The notes under the pieces were generated by a model. That model was given only the letters and a program-made list of their open reading frames with translations. It was not told the origin of the DNA and ran no database searches. From contig JAQGDQ010000488.1 of the NCBI GenBank assembly GCA_030141605.1, positions 1 to 64,000 on the forward strand: DNA of 64,000 bases. Reading direction: 5' to 3'. The DNA comes from Tubiluchus corallicola (taxonomy: Eukaryota > Animalia > Priapulida). Of the stretch, positions 25,501 through 38,119 are shown one piece after another. A program made the translations under genes and the position numbers. Position 1 is the first letter of the stretch; each line of letters begins with the position of its first letter.

Positions 25501-28500
25501 GCACGCACACACGCACGCGCACACACACCCTCACACGAAGCACACATTCTTTTAAAAATTACTCCCACTGAGATTGACAAGGAATCCAAACCTTGGAAAA
25601 CACAAAAAGCATATATAATCATATATATATATTGTTTAGTTCGCAAAAGAGTAAATATTACATTTTGTACAATTGAAATCTTAAATTAGTGTATCTGTAC
25701 AATATTTACATAAATTATATGGATTAGTAAACAACATAAGTAGTATCTGTGTACAAAAAATCAAGTATTATAGCATTTAGTTGATTAGCAGATTTATCAA
25801 TATTTTTTTACTTCATTATCACAAAAACCTTGCATTACCAATTCCCCATTTCACATAGTATAGTTTCCCAAGCAGCAAAAAAATCAAAGTCAAAAAATCA
25901 TTAAACTTTTGCATCATTTCCCTGCAGTAGGCTGAAAAGTGTGACGCGACACCCAAGGTAGTAAAAAGTATCCGCAGGCGAGATGCAGTTGCCTTGATGC
26001 CTTACTTACCAAAGATTTTTTCTCCGTTAACGTGAACAATGAATTGTCTCCCGCCACTATCATTCGCCTGCCAAGAGATGCACAAATGCTGCCACAGCCC
26101 ATACCTGAATATATCGTCGTCATTAGGCATCCTCGTGCTGTAAGAAAATACGCCATGTTAGAAACAGTCATGAAAGATATTTGAGCGATACGGATATAGC
26201 AAGTAAATGTAACGTGTGTTGCAGTACCAACAAAAGAACAAGAAGAAGCACTTGTAGTTGAGACATTTCGCAGAGACCCTTTACGTCCGAGAGTACCTAT
26301 ATCAGCAAGTTTTAATAATGACTAAGAAGCCAGATTAGTTCTAGCAAACGGAAAGAAAAAAGGCAAGCCTGAAAACCTGGTTAAACTAAGTATTTAACAT
26401 AACGGCTTTTTGCACATATTACAGTCGGTGAAACAGCAGGCAAACCTATTTAAAGGTGTATGGACAGTAACATGAAACATCAAAAAATTACATTAGTTAC
26501 AATAATACAAGATTAGTATAAATCTTTAGCAAACTACGTAAATTGAATTATATATGTAATTTCTAAACGAGTTAGTACAAATAGTTGTGGTAAATTTATA
26601 CAATATTAAAAGTTTCAGTCATCACTAAACCCCCGCTTTCCTTCAATAAATTCAAGTACGTTTCATATCAAAACAATATTTTCATCTTCAGCAAAGCTGT
26701 CAAGCTCATTTAATAGGAAATCTACAAAAAGTTGATGACCTTGAGGGATTGAATTTAAAATAATATGCCTAATACGTTCATATATATTACATTCTAAGAA
26801 ATAGTGTTTAGCATCTTGAGCTTCCCAACCAGATACACAACAAAGATTTCTTATTACACGATTGTTAACAATTTCTTTTTTAAAATTGCTACAAGGATTT
26901 TTTAGCATTGAATTAATTCATCCTTATCATCATCAGCATCGTCATCATCATCCATCACCATCATCTTGGCTGAGATGTAAGTCAGCAGCTGTCTTCCACA
27001 CGGTTTCTTTTCTTTCTGCAGTGCTTCTTTGAAGGCTAATTCTAATGGACTGTCATTTGATAGTCACGTACAACATGTCCTATCCATCTTGATCTTCTCT
27101 TTTTAACTGTCCATTCCTATGTCTTGACTTTCTTGTACAGATCAGGGCTTGTTATTTTCTTTGCACATTTTATTCGTAGAATGTTTCTATAGCTTATTTT
27201 TGAAATGCACCCATTTCTAATCTGTGCTCTGCTTTGATTGTCCATAATTCTGAGTTGTAGAGAAACACTTTCTACAAGTGATAGCAAAGATTCTTGATTT
27301 TATTTCTAGACTGGTTTACTTACTTTCAAAAATGTTTGTTAAGTTTGGAATATGCAGCTAGTGTTAAGACTTTTCTTCTTGATATAACTGTTCTACCTTT
27401 CTAATGCACCCCTTGACACTTTTATAGGCATTTTTTATCGCAGTTGTTAATTAACTATAGAACATATTGTTCATCTTGTAATTCTGGCGTTCATTAGGAG
27501 ATAAATAAAAAACGTGTATATCTATGTGTGTTCCAAAAAGACGGCCTTAGTATTTGAAGTTTCTTCACGCATCATCGCCATTCGTTTTTAGGTGATACTT
27601 TCTGAATGCATTATTTGACAAAATCTAGAACCCAGTGAAAATCTTTCATGCACTTGCTCTAAACATTTTGCAGTGAGTTTTCTGAAGCTGCCAAGAGTAA
27701 TTTCATTTCGAACAAGAAGGTGTTACAAACCCGAAAACACAGGTGTTTGAAGAGTTCCACTGAATAAGAATTGACATTAAATTCTATAATTGCGAATGAA
27801 CTGCGGAAATACTTTGGTTAAGTCAGACTTTCATGGAGTTCACGACTTAGGCGACTATCCAAAAATTTCTTTTCGGACTGTTTGGAAAAGTCAAACAGTT
27901 GCCAAACGTTTGCCAAGCAGTCACAAGACATCCGCATGTGTGCGTTGGAAAAGTCAAACAGTTGCCAAACGTTTGTTAAGCAGTCGCAAAACATCCGCAT
28001 GTGTGCGTTGGAAAAGTCAAACAGTTGCTAAACGTTTGCCAAGCAGTCACAAGACATCCACATGTGTGCGTTGGAAAAGTCAAACAGTTGTTAAACGTTT
28101 GCCAAGCAGTCACAAGACATCCACATGTGTGCGTTGGAAAAGTCAAACAGTTGCTAAATGTTTGCCAAGCAGTCACAAGACATCCGCATGTGTGCGTTGG
28201 AAAAGTCAAACAGTTGCCAAACGTTTGCCAAGCAGTCACAAGACATCCACATGTGTGCGTTGGAAAAGTCAAACAGTTGCTAAACGTTTGCCAAGCAGTC
28301 ACAAGACATCCGCATGTGTGCGTTGGAAAAGTCAAACGGTTGCTAAACGTTTGCCAAGCAGTCACAAGACATCCGCATGTGTGCGTTGGAAAAGTCAAAC
28401 AGTTGCTAAACGTTTGCCAAGCAGTCACAAGACATCCGCATGTGTGCGTTGGAAAAGTCAAACAGTTGCCAAACGTTTGCCAAGCAGTCACAAGACATCC

Positions 28501-31500
28501 GCATGTGTGCGTTGGAAAAGTCAAACAGTTGCTAAACGTTTGCTAAGCAGTCACAAGACATCCACATGTGTGCGTTGGAAAAGTCAAACAGTTGCTAAAC
28601 GTTTGCCAAGCAGTCACAAAACATCCGCATGTGTGCGTTGGAAAAGTCAAACAGTTGCTAAACGTTTGCTAAGCAGTCACAAGACATCCACATGTGTGCG
28701 TTGGAAAAGTCAAACAGTTGCCAAACGTTTGCCAAGCAGTCACAAGACATCCGCATGTGTGCGTTGGAAAAGTCAAACAGTTGCCAAACGTTTGCCAAGC
28801 AGTCACAAAACATCCGCATGTGTGCGTTGGAAAAGTCAAACAGTTGCCAAACGTTTGCTAAGCAGTCACAAAACATCCGCATGTGTGCGTTGGAAAAGTC
28901 AAACAGTTGCTAAATGTTTGCCAAGCAGTCACAAGACATCCGCATGTGTGCGTTGGAAAAGTCAAACAGTTGCCAAACGTTTGCTAAGCAGTCACAAAAC
29001 ATCCGCATGTGTGCGTTGGAAAAGTCAAACAGTTGCTAAACGTTTGCTAAGCAGTCACAAGACATCCACATGTGTGCGTTGGAAAAGTCAAACAGTTGCC
29101 AAACGTTTGCCAAGCAGTCACAAGACATCCGCATGTGTGCGTTGGAAAAGTCAAACAGTTGCTAAATGTTTGCCAAGCAGTCACAAGACATCCGCATGTG
29201 TGCGTTGGAAAAGTCAAACAGTTGCTAAACGTTTGCCAAGCAGTCACAAGACATCCGCATGTGTGCGTTGGAAAAGTCAAACAGTTGCTAAACGTTTGCC
29301 AAGCAGTCACAAGACATCCGCATGTGTGCGTTGGAAAAGTCAAACAGTTGCTAAACGTTTGCCAAGCAGTCACAAGACATCCGCATGTGTGCGTTGGAAA
29401 AGTCAAACAGTTGCTAAACGTTTGCCAAGCAGTCACAAGACATCCACATGTGTGCGTTGGAAAAGTCAAACAGTTGCTAAACGTTTGCCAAGCAGTCACA
29501 AAACATCCACATGTGTTCGCTGTTATCGCGGAAAGTTCGCCCTGACTGACTGACTGACTACTTACTTAGTTACTAAGTTTGTTAGTCTAACTAACTTAGT
29601 AATAAATAAATAAATGAATTAAATGATTTTTATTTTAAATGAAATCAAAACCCAGTCATTAAATGCTTATTAAAGCTCGTTTTGAGTAGCGTTTTTCAAC
29701 GTTTTAGAATTACCTAAATTCTAGAGCCGAAATGTTTTGCTTGGGTTATCTCTTTCGAGCTAAGTACCAAAATTTCATCAGTTGTTGATTTATATTATAA
29801 TAATTTGATTAATTACCCATGCAAATTTCGGGCTCAAAATTAATTAAAATTAAAACCATTTAATTAGTTTGAACTGAACCATGAAACATTGGAAATGCGG
29901 AATGGGTTGAAAAGCTATGACAATCATAAGATATCATAATCACCAGAGCAAACTATGGCGTTGCGATTTTGGAGTCAGCCTTGTAAGCCGAAGGTCCCTG
30001 GTTCAATTCCAGGCTGACTGCTGCGTTCCATCTTTTACATTTCCCGTGTTTCGATTTGGTATCAAAGTATAAGCAATTGAGGCTTATGCCATCTTTAACT
30101 TAATTTTCTTGTAAAAGAATTTTCCAATAAATTGTCATTACTTTTTCATTGCATTCTCCATTCTATTTGGGACAAACCATTATCTGTAGAAGATGGTAGT
30201 GCGCTGTACGCAAAATCCCGTTAATTTTCACCCCTCGCCCACATTGTATGGTCCTATCCGTTACGAAGCTTGTGCAGTGTGCATGCTAGCAACTACAAAC
30301 AGTTTTGTTTAGGATGCACCAGTTCTGTTGTACAGCAGGTAAATAAGCAGCTCAAACTTCCTCACATGAGTTTTTACGCTTAAAATGTTTCTTCTATATT
30401 GTTGGTAAAGTTGCTTATTTCTAAGACTGTGTGCCAATTCCGCCAATATAGCAACAACGACAGCATACAGTAATTGCAACAGCAGTCAAAAGAATGCTGT
30501 AATAAGGAAGTTGGGCTTATAACAGCCTTGGAGTAATTACGTTTAGGAAGAATTGCCTATTTCTAAGACTGGGTGGCAATACTGCAACAGCAACAATGAC
30601 AACGGGGACAGCAACAACGACAATAACAACAACGACAAAGACTACAGTAGCAACACTAATGATAACAGCAACAGCAACCAAAAGAATGCTGTAACAATGA
30701 TATTAGGCTTATTTGTAACAGTCTTGGATGGTAATTACTTCTACGAAGATTTACTGATTTCTAAGACTGGGTGCCAATACTGCAACAACAGCAACAACAG
30801 CAACGACAACGACGATAGCAACAACGGCAATGACCACCGCAACAGCAGCAACAATAACAACAGCAACAGCAGCCAAAGGAATGCTGTAAAAATGATGTTA
30901 GGCATAGAGCAGTTTTTCTGTACAGGTTGCAATTATCTTTTTAGATAGCAATCATAATACTTACGTTTTTAGATCCTCATTCACATAAACAGCAATCCGA
31001 TTTCTTTCAAGTCTAAGTGTGATAGAATATTTGTCTGGCGCAGGTAAAACATCATAAGAAATCAGTGTCATGGTTGCATCGTGTGATATGCTACTGTCCA
31101 ACGCAATCCACTGAAAAAAAGCCACGTTTTGCACTAATCTGACAATCAGGAAAAATAATACACAGAGATTTGCGTCAAAGTTATCAATAAAATGCGACAA
31201 ATCTCGAAAAAATTCACACTTGTTCAATAATCCAAATCATTTAAATTCACATTTTTATTTCAAAATCGCATGTCAAAGAGAAGTGTATGAACGTGTCAGC
31301 ACAGTGCACTAAATGGCGTTAACATGGAAGCTTTTATGTATTCACCTGGTATTTTAAAGGACAGAGAAGTAGGTTTCAGAAAAATCGAATTAAAAATTTA
31401 TATTACTTTATAGCAATTTTATGCGTATATCTTACTCACACTGAAAGGAATTTTAGTTTGTTCTCATTTTAAATCTCCCGCAATACTGTTCCGAAGTCGA

Positions 31501-34500
31501 AATTACATGACGTCATGCATCAAACGTAAATGAAGGGAAGAAAAGAAATGTTAAATTATGTCTCAAAAGACTTTCCGTGTAAATCTATATTACATAGCAT
31601 TTCGCTTACCTGCTAGTAACACTTATGTAATTAGAAAAGAAAATTATTAATTATTTAAAATGTTTTCACCAATTGGTAAAATGTTGCTGACTCACCCTCC
31701 AGGGTGCACCACTCAGTAACCAAAAACGTATTTTTAATCTTATTGACAAGATACAGTAATTTTAAATTTTATTGAGTTAGTGACGTGTGCGCTACGCACT
31801 GATTATTTTTTCAAATTTTACAAAAGGTTATCTAAACTTGTTTCAAATGACCTGTCGTGAAAATGGCTGCATCTAACGGTCATCGCGGGAGTTTAAATTT
31901 ACGTGTTTTATACAGCATGAATGCCGATTGAAGTCCTGCACGCAAAAAGGCAGTATGTAAGTGATACAAAATTTCAAAACGAATTTTTCAAGCTTTACAT
32001 TTATGAAGGATTTTCTTGTGCTTTAATTTACTTACGTCATATTTTACTTCTATGCTTGGCCATCTGCCTACTAATTTTATGCGCGGTGTTATCAATCCAA
32101 TAGCGATAGAGAGAAAATCAACTTTGACTGCCTGGAACGATTATAGACCCATAGCGATTGCCAGTTCTCCAAAATATTTGTAAATAAAACACCTATCATG
32201 TGATAAAGAACATATGCCTGTTCTCCCGTTTTCCTGTGCATAGTAGTTAGTTATGTGAACTGTACTGCGTAAAATACATCACTTAGACTGTCTACTAAGT
32301 ACTAACTCATATTTACTTCTACATTATTTGGAGTGTTGAATTTTTATTCTTTTCTAATAAGTTGTTATAGTTGATAGTTGTATGTCCTACCCTGATCAAT
32401 TAACATTTTTAAATCTCGAGCCTCTTGAACTTCGTAGAATACACTGTGATTTGATGTGTTATTCAATATTACATGAAGACCTCAATGTCTAAACAAAGAA
32501 ATCAACCATTTTGCGTTATGGTCTGCTACCACAGAAAATAAATACTGACAGAGATTCGTTTTGAATCTTAATTCCATAACCATGTATTTGAAATTTCCAG
32601 AAAAAGTGTATGACGACCACACAGAGCTATTTGACTTTGATGTAGAGGAACTAAAGGCAAAAATTGTTGAGTGAAGACTGATGAGATCACATACCCGCTT
32701 AAGGAAGGAAGAAAGTGTGTCAGCTGTTATAAACGCACTCGTCTAGTTTGTAGCGAAAATGTTGGACACAAAGAGAACCCACTGTAAATTTTAACAAAGA
32801 GTGAAAACAATATTTATTTTTTTGACTTGTTGCTTTAAAACTTCATAAATCCTTGGCCAAATTTAAGGGAATGGACTAAAACTTGTGGTACTGCTACATA
32901 AGCGTCTGTAACATCAGTGTGGTAATTTTCAAGCGATTCCATCATTTTGACCTTATAACTATTCTGATCAAAACTTTGGCACTTTTTTTCGCCCCGTGAT
33001 ACAACAGCGCGCACTGTCTATAACGTATCAACTTCACAAAAACGAAACATTATATGAAAACTGTGCACGCATTTCTACAATTTGATAACAGCACTGTTAG
33101 TTTATTAAGCAAAGACTATGTAGGACGTTTGCGCATTATCATTGAATGGTAGGGGTGAGCATTCTCTACCAGAAAGCGAATTCGAATCGAACCGAACTTC
33201 AGTGTTTCGAATTCGAATTAAGATTGAAAGATTTTCGAACTAGTTTTCGAACCACCAGTAAAAATTAGTCTTACAAAGATCATGCATATCACTAGATTTT
33301 GTTCTACAATAAAACGACTAGTAATTTGCTTAAAGTTGTGTGCAGAAATCACAGCTAAATTACACTAATTGCATGATGTTTCAATCGTTTTAGTGATAAA
33401 GAACATGTGTGATTGAAGTGCTGTATTATTCGAATCCATAGTTTTGGATTCGAATCGAGTTCGAACTAAAAAAACTCGTTCGAATCGAATTCGAGCGTTG
33501 GAATTCGATTCGAACGTTCGAACTCGAACGTTCGATGCTCACCCTTATTGAATGGATTTGTCATTAGCGCGCCACACACACACCACAAAACCATTTGCTC
33601 AATGACCGAAACGAACCGACGGAAGGGCACCGTCCGAAGCGAGGGGTTACTAAAGTTTGACCGTTTTGCAAATACGTGCAAACAAAATGTACGCGCATGC
33701 GTGAACGTGTGCGGCAAGAAAGCAACCTGTGCTTCGCATAAGCAACAGCCAGGTAAAGGAAATTAGCGTCTTTTACCTGACACATAGTAAATCTTTCAAT
33801 GTCACTTGTCGGTGTATCAAACTTGATGGCATCTGTAGAAGTTTTTGCTGGAAACACTACCATCAACCCATCTTGAATAGGATCCTCATTACCCACAAGC
33901 GTGACTAAAAATAAACAAACAAACAAAACATCGGTAAATACGAATAAAGAAATTGATCTAGCAAGGTAACAATTTGAAGCACCGCGCTGTTTCTTTTTGA
34001 AGAAACAATAACTTTGAAGAATTACTACATCTACAGCAATCAGTCAAACACGTGCGAACACTCCACACAGTGTCTTATGCAAATTCTGATAGACTGCCAA
34101 TATGCAACAGGGCACCACAATATATAGAAAATCACCAAATTTAATGAATCAGACCATTAAGGCCCATTTCACGGTTAGGACCTCGAGGAGAAATTCTTTG
34201 TGGCACCCCCCCCCCCTAAAATGGAACACATTGTTTTCTATGGCGCATTTTACAGTGACGCCTATTGAGGAGTTTTCCTCATGCAATGCGTCCTGAGGAA
34301 CTCTGCCGCTAGCTGGAAGCTGTGCGTCCTCCTCAAGAGAAAAAAGTGCCGCATAGTGGAAGTGCTGCATGTTCCATTTTAGCGAGTAATCCACGAGGAA
34401 TTGAGATTAAAATCTAACTGTCCCATTACTTCTTTCTTGTTTAGCGAACAACAATTAACACATTTCAGTAAAAATTAAAGACTTGATTTCTCTTTTAACT

Positions 34501-36960
34501 GACACCTTGAAACAGACGATTTTACGTTTTATTCAAGTAGCAGCCATGGCTATAATCTAGTGTTTAACTGACACTTTGAAACAGACGATTTTACGTTTTA
34601 TTCATGTAGCAGCCATGGCTATAATCTAGTGTTTAACTGACACCTTGAGACAGACGATTTTACGTTTTATTCAAGTAGCAGCCATGGCTATATTCTAGTG
34701 TTTAACTGACACTTTGAAACAGACGATTTTACGTTTTATTCATGTAGCAGCCATGGCTATAATCTAGTGTTTAACTGACACTTTGAAACAGACGATTTTA
34801 CGTTTTATCCAAGTAGCAGCCATGGCTATAATCTAGTGTTTAACTGACACTTTGAAACAGACGATTTTACGTTTTATTCATGTAGCAGCCATGGCTATAT
34901 TCTAGTGTTTAACTGACACTTTGAGACAGACGATTTTACGTTTTATTCAAGTAGCAGCCATGGCTATAATCTAGTGTTTAACTGACACTTTGAAACAGAC
35001 GATTTTACGTTTTATTCATGTAGCAGCCATGGCTATAATCTAGTGTTTAACTGACACTTTGAAACAGACGATTTTACGTTTTATTCTTGTAGCAGCCATG
35101 GCTATATTCTAGTGTTTAACTGACACTTTGAAACAGACGATTTTACGTTTTATTTATGTAGCAGCCATGGCTATAATCTAGTGTTTAACTGACACTTTGA
35201 GTCAGACGATTTTACGTTTTATTCATGTAGCAGCCATGGCTATATTCTAGTGTTTAACTGACACCTTGAGACAGACGATTTTACGTTTTATTCTTGTAGC
35301 AGCCATGGCTATATTCTAGTGTTTAACTGACACTTTGAAACAGACGATTTTACGTTTTATTCATGTAGCAGCCATGGCTATAATCAAGTGTTTAACTGAC
35401 ACTTTGAGACAGCCGATTTTACGTCTTATTTATGTAGCAGCCATGGCTATAATCTAGTGTTTAACTGACACTTTGAGACAGACGATTTTACGTTTTATTC
35501 ATGTAGCAGCCATGGCTATATTCTAGTGTTTAACTGACACTTTGAAACAGACGATTTTACGTTTTATTCATGTAGCAGCCATGGCTATAATCAAGTGTTT
35601 AACTGACACTTTGAAACAGACGATTTTACGTTTTATTCATGTAGCAGCCATGGCTATATTCTAGTGTTTAACTGACACTTTGAGACAGACGATTTTACGT
35701 TTTATTCTTGTAGCAGCCATGGCTATAATCTAGTGTTTAACTGACACTTTGAGACAGCCGATTTTACGTTTTATTTATGTAGCAGCCATGGCTATAATCT
35801 AGTGTTTAACTGACACTTTGAGACAGACGATTTTACGTTTTATTCATGTAGCAGCCATGGCTATATTCTAGTGTTTAACTGACACCTTGAGACAGACGAT
35901 TTTACGTTTTATTCTTGTAGCAGCCATGGCTATATTCTAGTGTTTAACTGACACTTTGAAACAGGCGATTTTACGTTTTATTCATGTAGCAGCCATGGCT
36001 ATAATCAAGTGTTTAACTGACACTTTGAGACAGCCGATTTTACGTTTTATTTATGTAGCAGCCATGGCTATAATCTAGTGTTTAACTGACACTTTGAGAC
36101 AGACGATTTTACGTTTTATTCATGTAGCAGCCATGGCTATATTCTAGTGTTTAACTGACACCTTGAGACAGACGATTTTACGTTTTATTCTTGTAGCAGC
36201 CATGGCTATATTCTAGTGTTTAACTGACACTTTGAAACAGACGATTTTACGTTTTATTCATGTAGCAGCCATGGCTATATTCTAGTTGCATGTGACTGAC
36301 ACTATTCTAGTAACTGACACTTTGAGAAAGACGATTTTACGTTTTATTCATGGTAGCAGCCATGGCTATATTCTACTGTAACTCTAACATTTTTCCCGAT
36401 CGTCTCACAAATGTCTATACAAGGTTGCTACAACACCACGGTACTGACTTATTTCGTTAATAGGTGCACCCAATAACGACGGTAATTAATACTATCTTAA
36501 TGAATATAAGCCCATGCGGCAAAGTCGTGTGTGTGCTTTGTAAGTCTTATATTGGGTTTGTTTAGAAGGAGTGAGAGAAAGAGAGATAACACCTTACATG
36601 TTATAAGACAAAGAAAGTGATTATTGAAGCACGGAAGTTTGCTCCAAAAACATCCCTTGCTCTTCTGTATGCCGACATCATTGCTGGATATTATGCAAGA
36701 CTCTGCATTGATTAATAATGAGATGTTGACTTACGATTATCAAAAAGATGAAGGCGAGATAAGAGATCTTTCCTCTTTTCATCATCTTCCTGCAGTTTCG
36801 CTAATTCGTCGTCTGTAAGATGATCTTCAAGGTCAAACGAGTTTGCAAGGTTGTAAGACTTCGGTGACAAACTCTTGGCCAAGGCATCCCGGAATCGTGA
36901 AAATACTGTAGCAACTATCAGTAACAAATTAGTAATAATTAGTTTTTCTACTTTTGCCAG
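22209..36960 (-). CDS. Secreted pentraxin/LamG-like domain protein, 6 coding exons, ~384 aa; 5' end uncertain (putative CTG start)
   Basis: Exons 36960-36735, 33904-33777, 31110-30965, 26137-26010, 25371-25192, 22555-22209 join in frame with GT-AG. Pentraxin motifs VVFP, FTMCQW, TLISY, WQHLCISW, VHVNG, LIFGQDQ, SFVGSVTDLRMWSRQLT, C...LISW. Confidence 0.85.
22649..23145. mobile_element. Foldback-like MITE with subterminal repeats
   Basis: Inverted termini tataggttttacacgtcaaatgtagac / gtctacatttgacatgtaaaacctata; internal gtcaaatgt repeats in mirror orientation. Confidence 0.7.
23720..24673. repeat. Minisatellite, 37 bp unit, ~26 copies
   Basis: Unit tcttaacctagaagaaaccatgtgttttgcagtacca. 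Confidence 0.97.
25192..25371 (-). CDS. Pentraxin-like gene, exon 5
   Basis: EQIEGRRRRKRSGDAYEVVPSDGCLIFGQDQ...SFVGSVTDLRMWSRQLTDAQI|gtaagt. Confidence 0.88.
26010..26137 (-). CDS. Pentraxin-like gene, exon 4
   Basis: TRMPNDDDIFRYGLWQHLCISWQANDSGGRQFIVHVNGEKIF|gtaagt (a different frame from the ORF-track entry). Confidence 0.88.
26470..27400 (-). mobile_element. Two adjacent LINE 3' relics (CR1/L2-like 26470-26910; RTE-like 26925-27400)
   Basis: C-x-x-G...DAKHYFLECNIY C-terminal motif; RTE-like ctacaactcagaattatggac (similar to the 17760 region) with a (GAT)n tail. Confidence 0.6.
27881..29517. repeat. Minisatellite, 63 bp unit, 26 copies
   Basis: Unit ttggaaaagtcaaacagttgc(c/t)aaacgtttgccaagcagtcacaagacatccgcatgtgtgcg; 1575 bp between first and last unit start. 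Confidence 0.98.
30415..30900. repeat. Three diverged tandem units with (CAA/CAG/CGA)n expansions
   Basis: atttctaagactg...agca-x-x-caa-a-gaatgctgta recurs near 30418, 30559 and 30758. Confidence 0.75.
30965..31110 (-). CDS. Pentraxin-like gene, exon 3
   Basis: tttttttcag|WIALDSS...TLISYDV...IAVYVNEDLK|gtaagt. Confidence 0.85.
31358..32022. mobile_element. Kolobok-like non-autonomous DNA element
   Basis: TTAA|AG...CT|TTAA ends with short imperfect TIR; related copy at 60277-60785 and a partial at ~13280-13446. Confidence 0.6.
33150..33547. mobile_element. hAT MITE rich in TTCGAA palindromes, copy 2
   Basis: TIR taggggtgagcat / atgctcaccctta; perfect 8-bp TSD TTGAATGG. Confidence 0.92.
33777..33904 (-). 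CDS. Pentraxin-like gene, exon 2
   Basis: tttttag|TLVGNEDPIQDGLMVVFPAKTSTDAIKF...ERFTMCQ|gtaaaa. Confidence 0.85.
34496..36378. repeat. Minisatellite, 69 bp unit, 26 regular copies plus 1 displaced
   Basis: Unit taactgacactttgaaacagacgattttacgttttattcatgtagcagccatggctataatctagtgtt; contains palindrome AGCCATGGCT. Confidence 0.98.
36735..36960 (-). CDS. Pentraxin-like gene, first coding exon (signal peptide plus acidic segment)
   Basis: (CTG)AKVEKLIITNLLLIVATVFSRFRDALAKSLSPK...EDDEKRKDLL...FDN|gtaagt; phase 1 matches exon 2. Confidence 0.65.
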
Positions 36961-37094
36961 TGTTTCAGTTTAGCTGATTGAAAATTAAAATTAAGTTTAA
37001 GCCTGAACCACAACAACTAAATCGCAATAATAAACTTATACACCCACAAGAACAAATTTTGTCAATAATGGCACACATTCTTATATACGATTAA

Positions 37095-37552
37095 CCCTTT
37101 CATACCCGTTGTATCCCGTGGAAACGAGAATATTTTCTGCCTATAAAATTAATAAAATTTTAAAAGTGACCGTTATTTGATCTGTTAATAGTTATTTTGA
37201 TTTAAGCCAATAACAATAGACTAAAAATAGTGATAAAATGGCAAACTAGGAAATCTACATAGCATAAAAAACTGCGCAAGGTACAGTACTTTAGAGAGGG
37301 CTTTGTACAGATTAGCATAGCGTGCATACTAAATGTCTTAAATACTTTAAAAAATTATCAGCAGTTGCAAAATGAAGCACATTTTATGCTTCCATTGAAT
37401 CCCAATGTATCCCGTGGGATACAGACTATATTTAGCAAGCGGGCACAGGTAGAAAAAAATAATTATTATGTGTAAACAAGATGGGCATACTGAACAAAAG
37501 TACCAAGCCAAAAATTTTTTTTATTACAAAAAATAATTTGGGACTGAAAGGG
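37095..37552 (+). mobile_element. piggyBac-like MITE, copy 4
   Basis: TTAA TSD and CCCTTTCA termini. Confidence 0.9.
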
Positions 37553-37920
37553 TTAATACACATTCAGATTAATTTTTTAATTTTAATTCAGAAATATCGT
37601 GTATGGTTTTAGGTAGATTAAAAATGCACCTAATGGCTTGAAACCATCATAATACAAGTAATATAACTGATACAAATTCTCATAGTACAGTTTGGACAAA
37701 AGAAGCAAAAAATTAAACCACCACGTGCAAATTAAAGCATATTTTACGATCTAAAAGCACATTTATGTTAAAAATCACCAAAGTTAATAAGTGCAGGTAT
37801 GAAATACGAATGATCCACAACAAATTTAACAGATTTATACTGAGTTCAATAATAATCATTGGCGGTAAGATAATGGGCCACGTAACAATAGTTGAGAACT
37901 ATGTGTAGACAGAAATGTAA

Positions 37921-38119
37921 TGGCGCGTTCAAACTAGCGAACTTTCTCGTCAAAAAACTCGCAGTAACTCGCCAAGTAAACTCCAAGCGTGTTCAGACTA
38001 GAGCACCAACTCGTAGCAACTGTCGGAGCGTTTGCAATTTCTTGCCAACAGTAACTCGCAGAGCAGTTCACACTTGCAAGTTTGCTGTCAGAGAGAAAAC
38101 TCGCTGGTGTGAATGCACC
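37921..38119. mobile_element. Short inverted-repeat element (PIF/Harbinger-like MITE)
   Basis: Imperfect ~27-bp TIR ggcgcgttcaaactagcgaactttctc / gagaaaactcgctggtgtgaatgcacc; TSD unclear. Confidence 0.55.

Noticed and set aside
27790-29553. 587-aa ORF of 21-aa repeats, and overlapping ORFs in other frames
   Set aside because: It is the translation of a 63-bp minisatellite, starts at TTG, lies antisense within an intron, is open in several frames, and shows no synonymous-site bias
29955-30025. tRNA gene (B box GGTTCAATTCC)
   Set aside because: No complete cloverleaf or acceptor stem; at most a decayed SINE head
30553-30948. Asn/Asp-rich 131-aa ORF
   Set aside because: Trinucleotide low-complexity repeat, antisense within an intron
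23720-36378. CRISPR-like appearance of the regular arrays
   Set aside because: Units are contiguous with no unique spacers, no cas genes are present, and the context is eukaryotic
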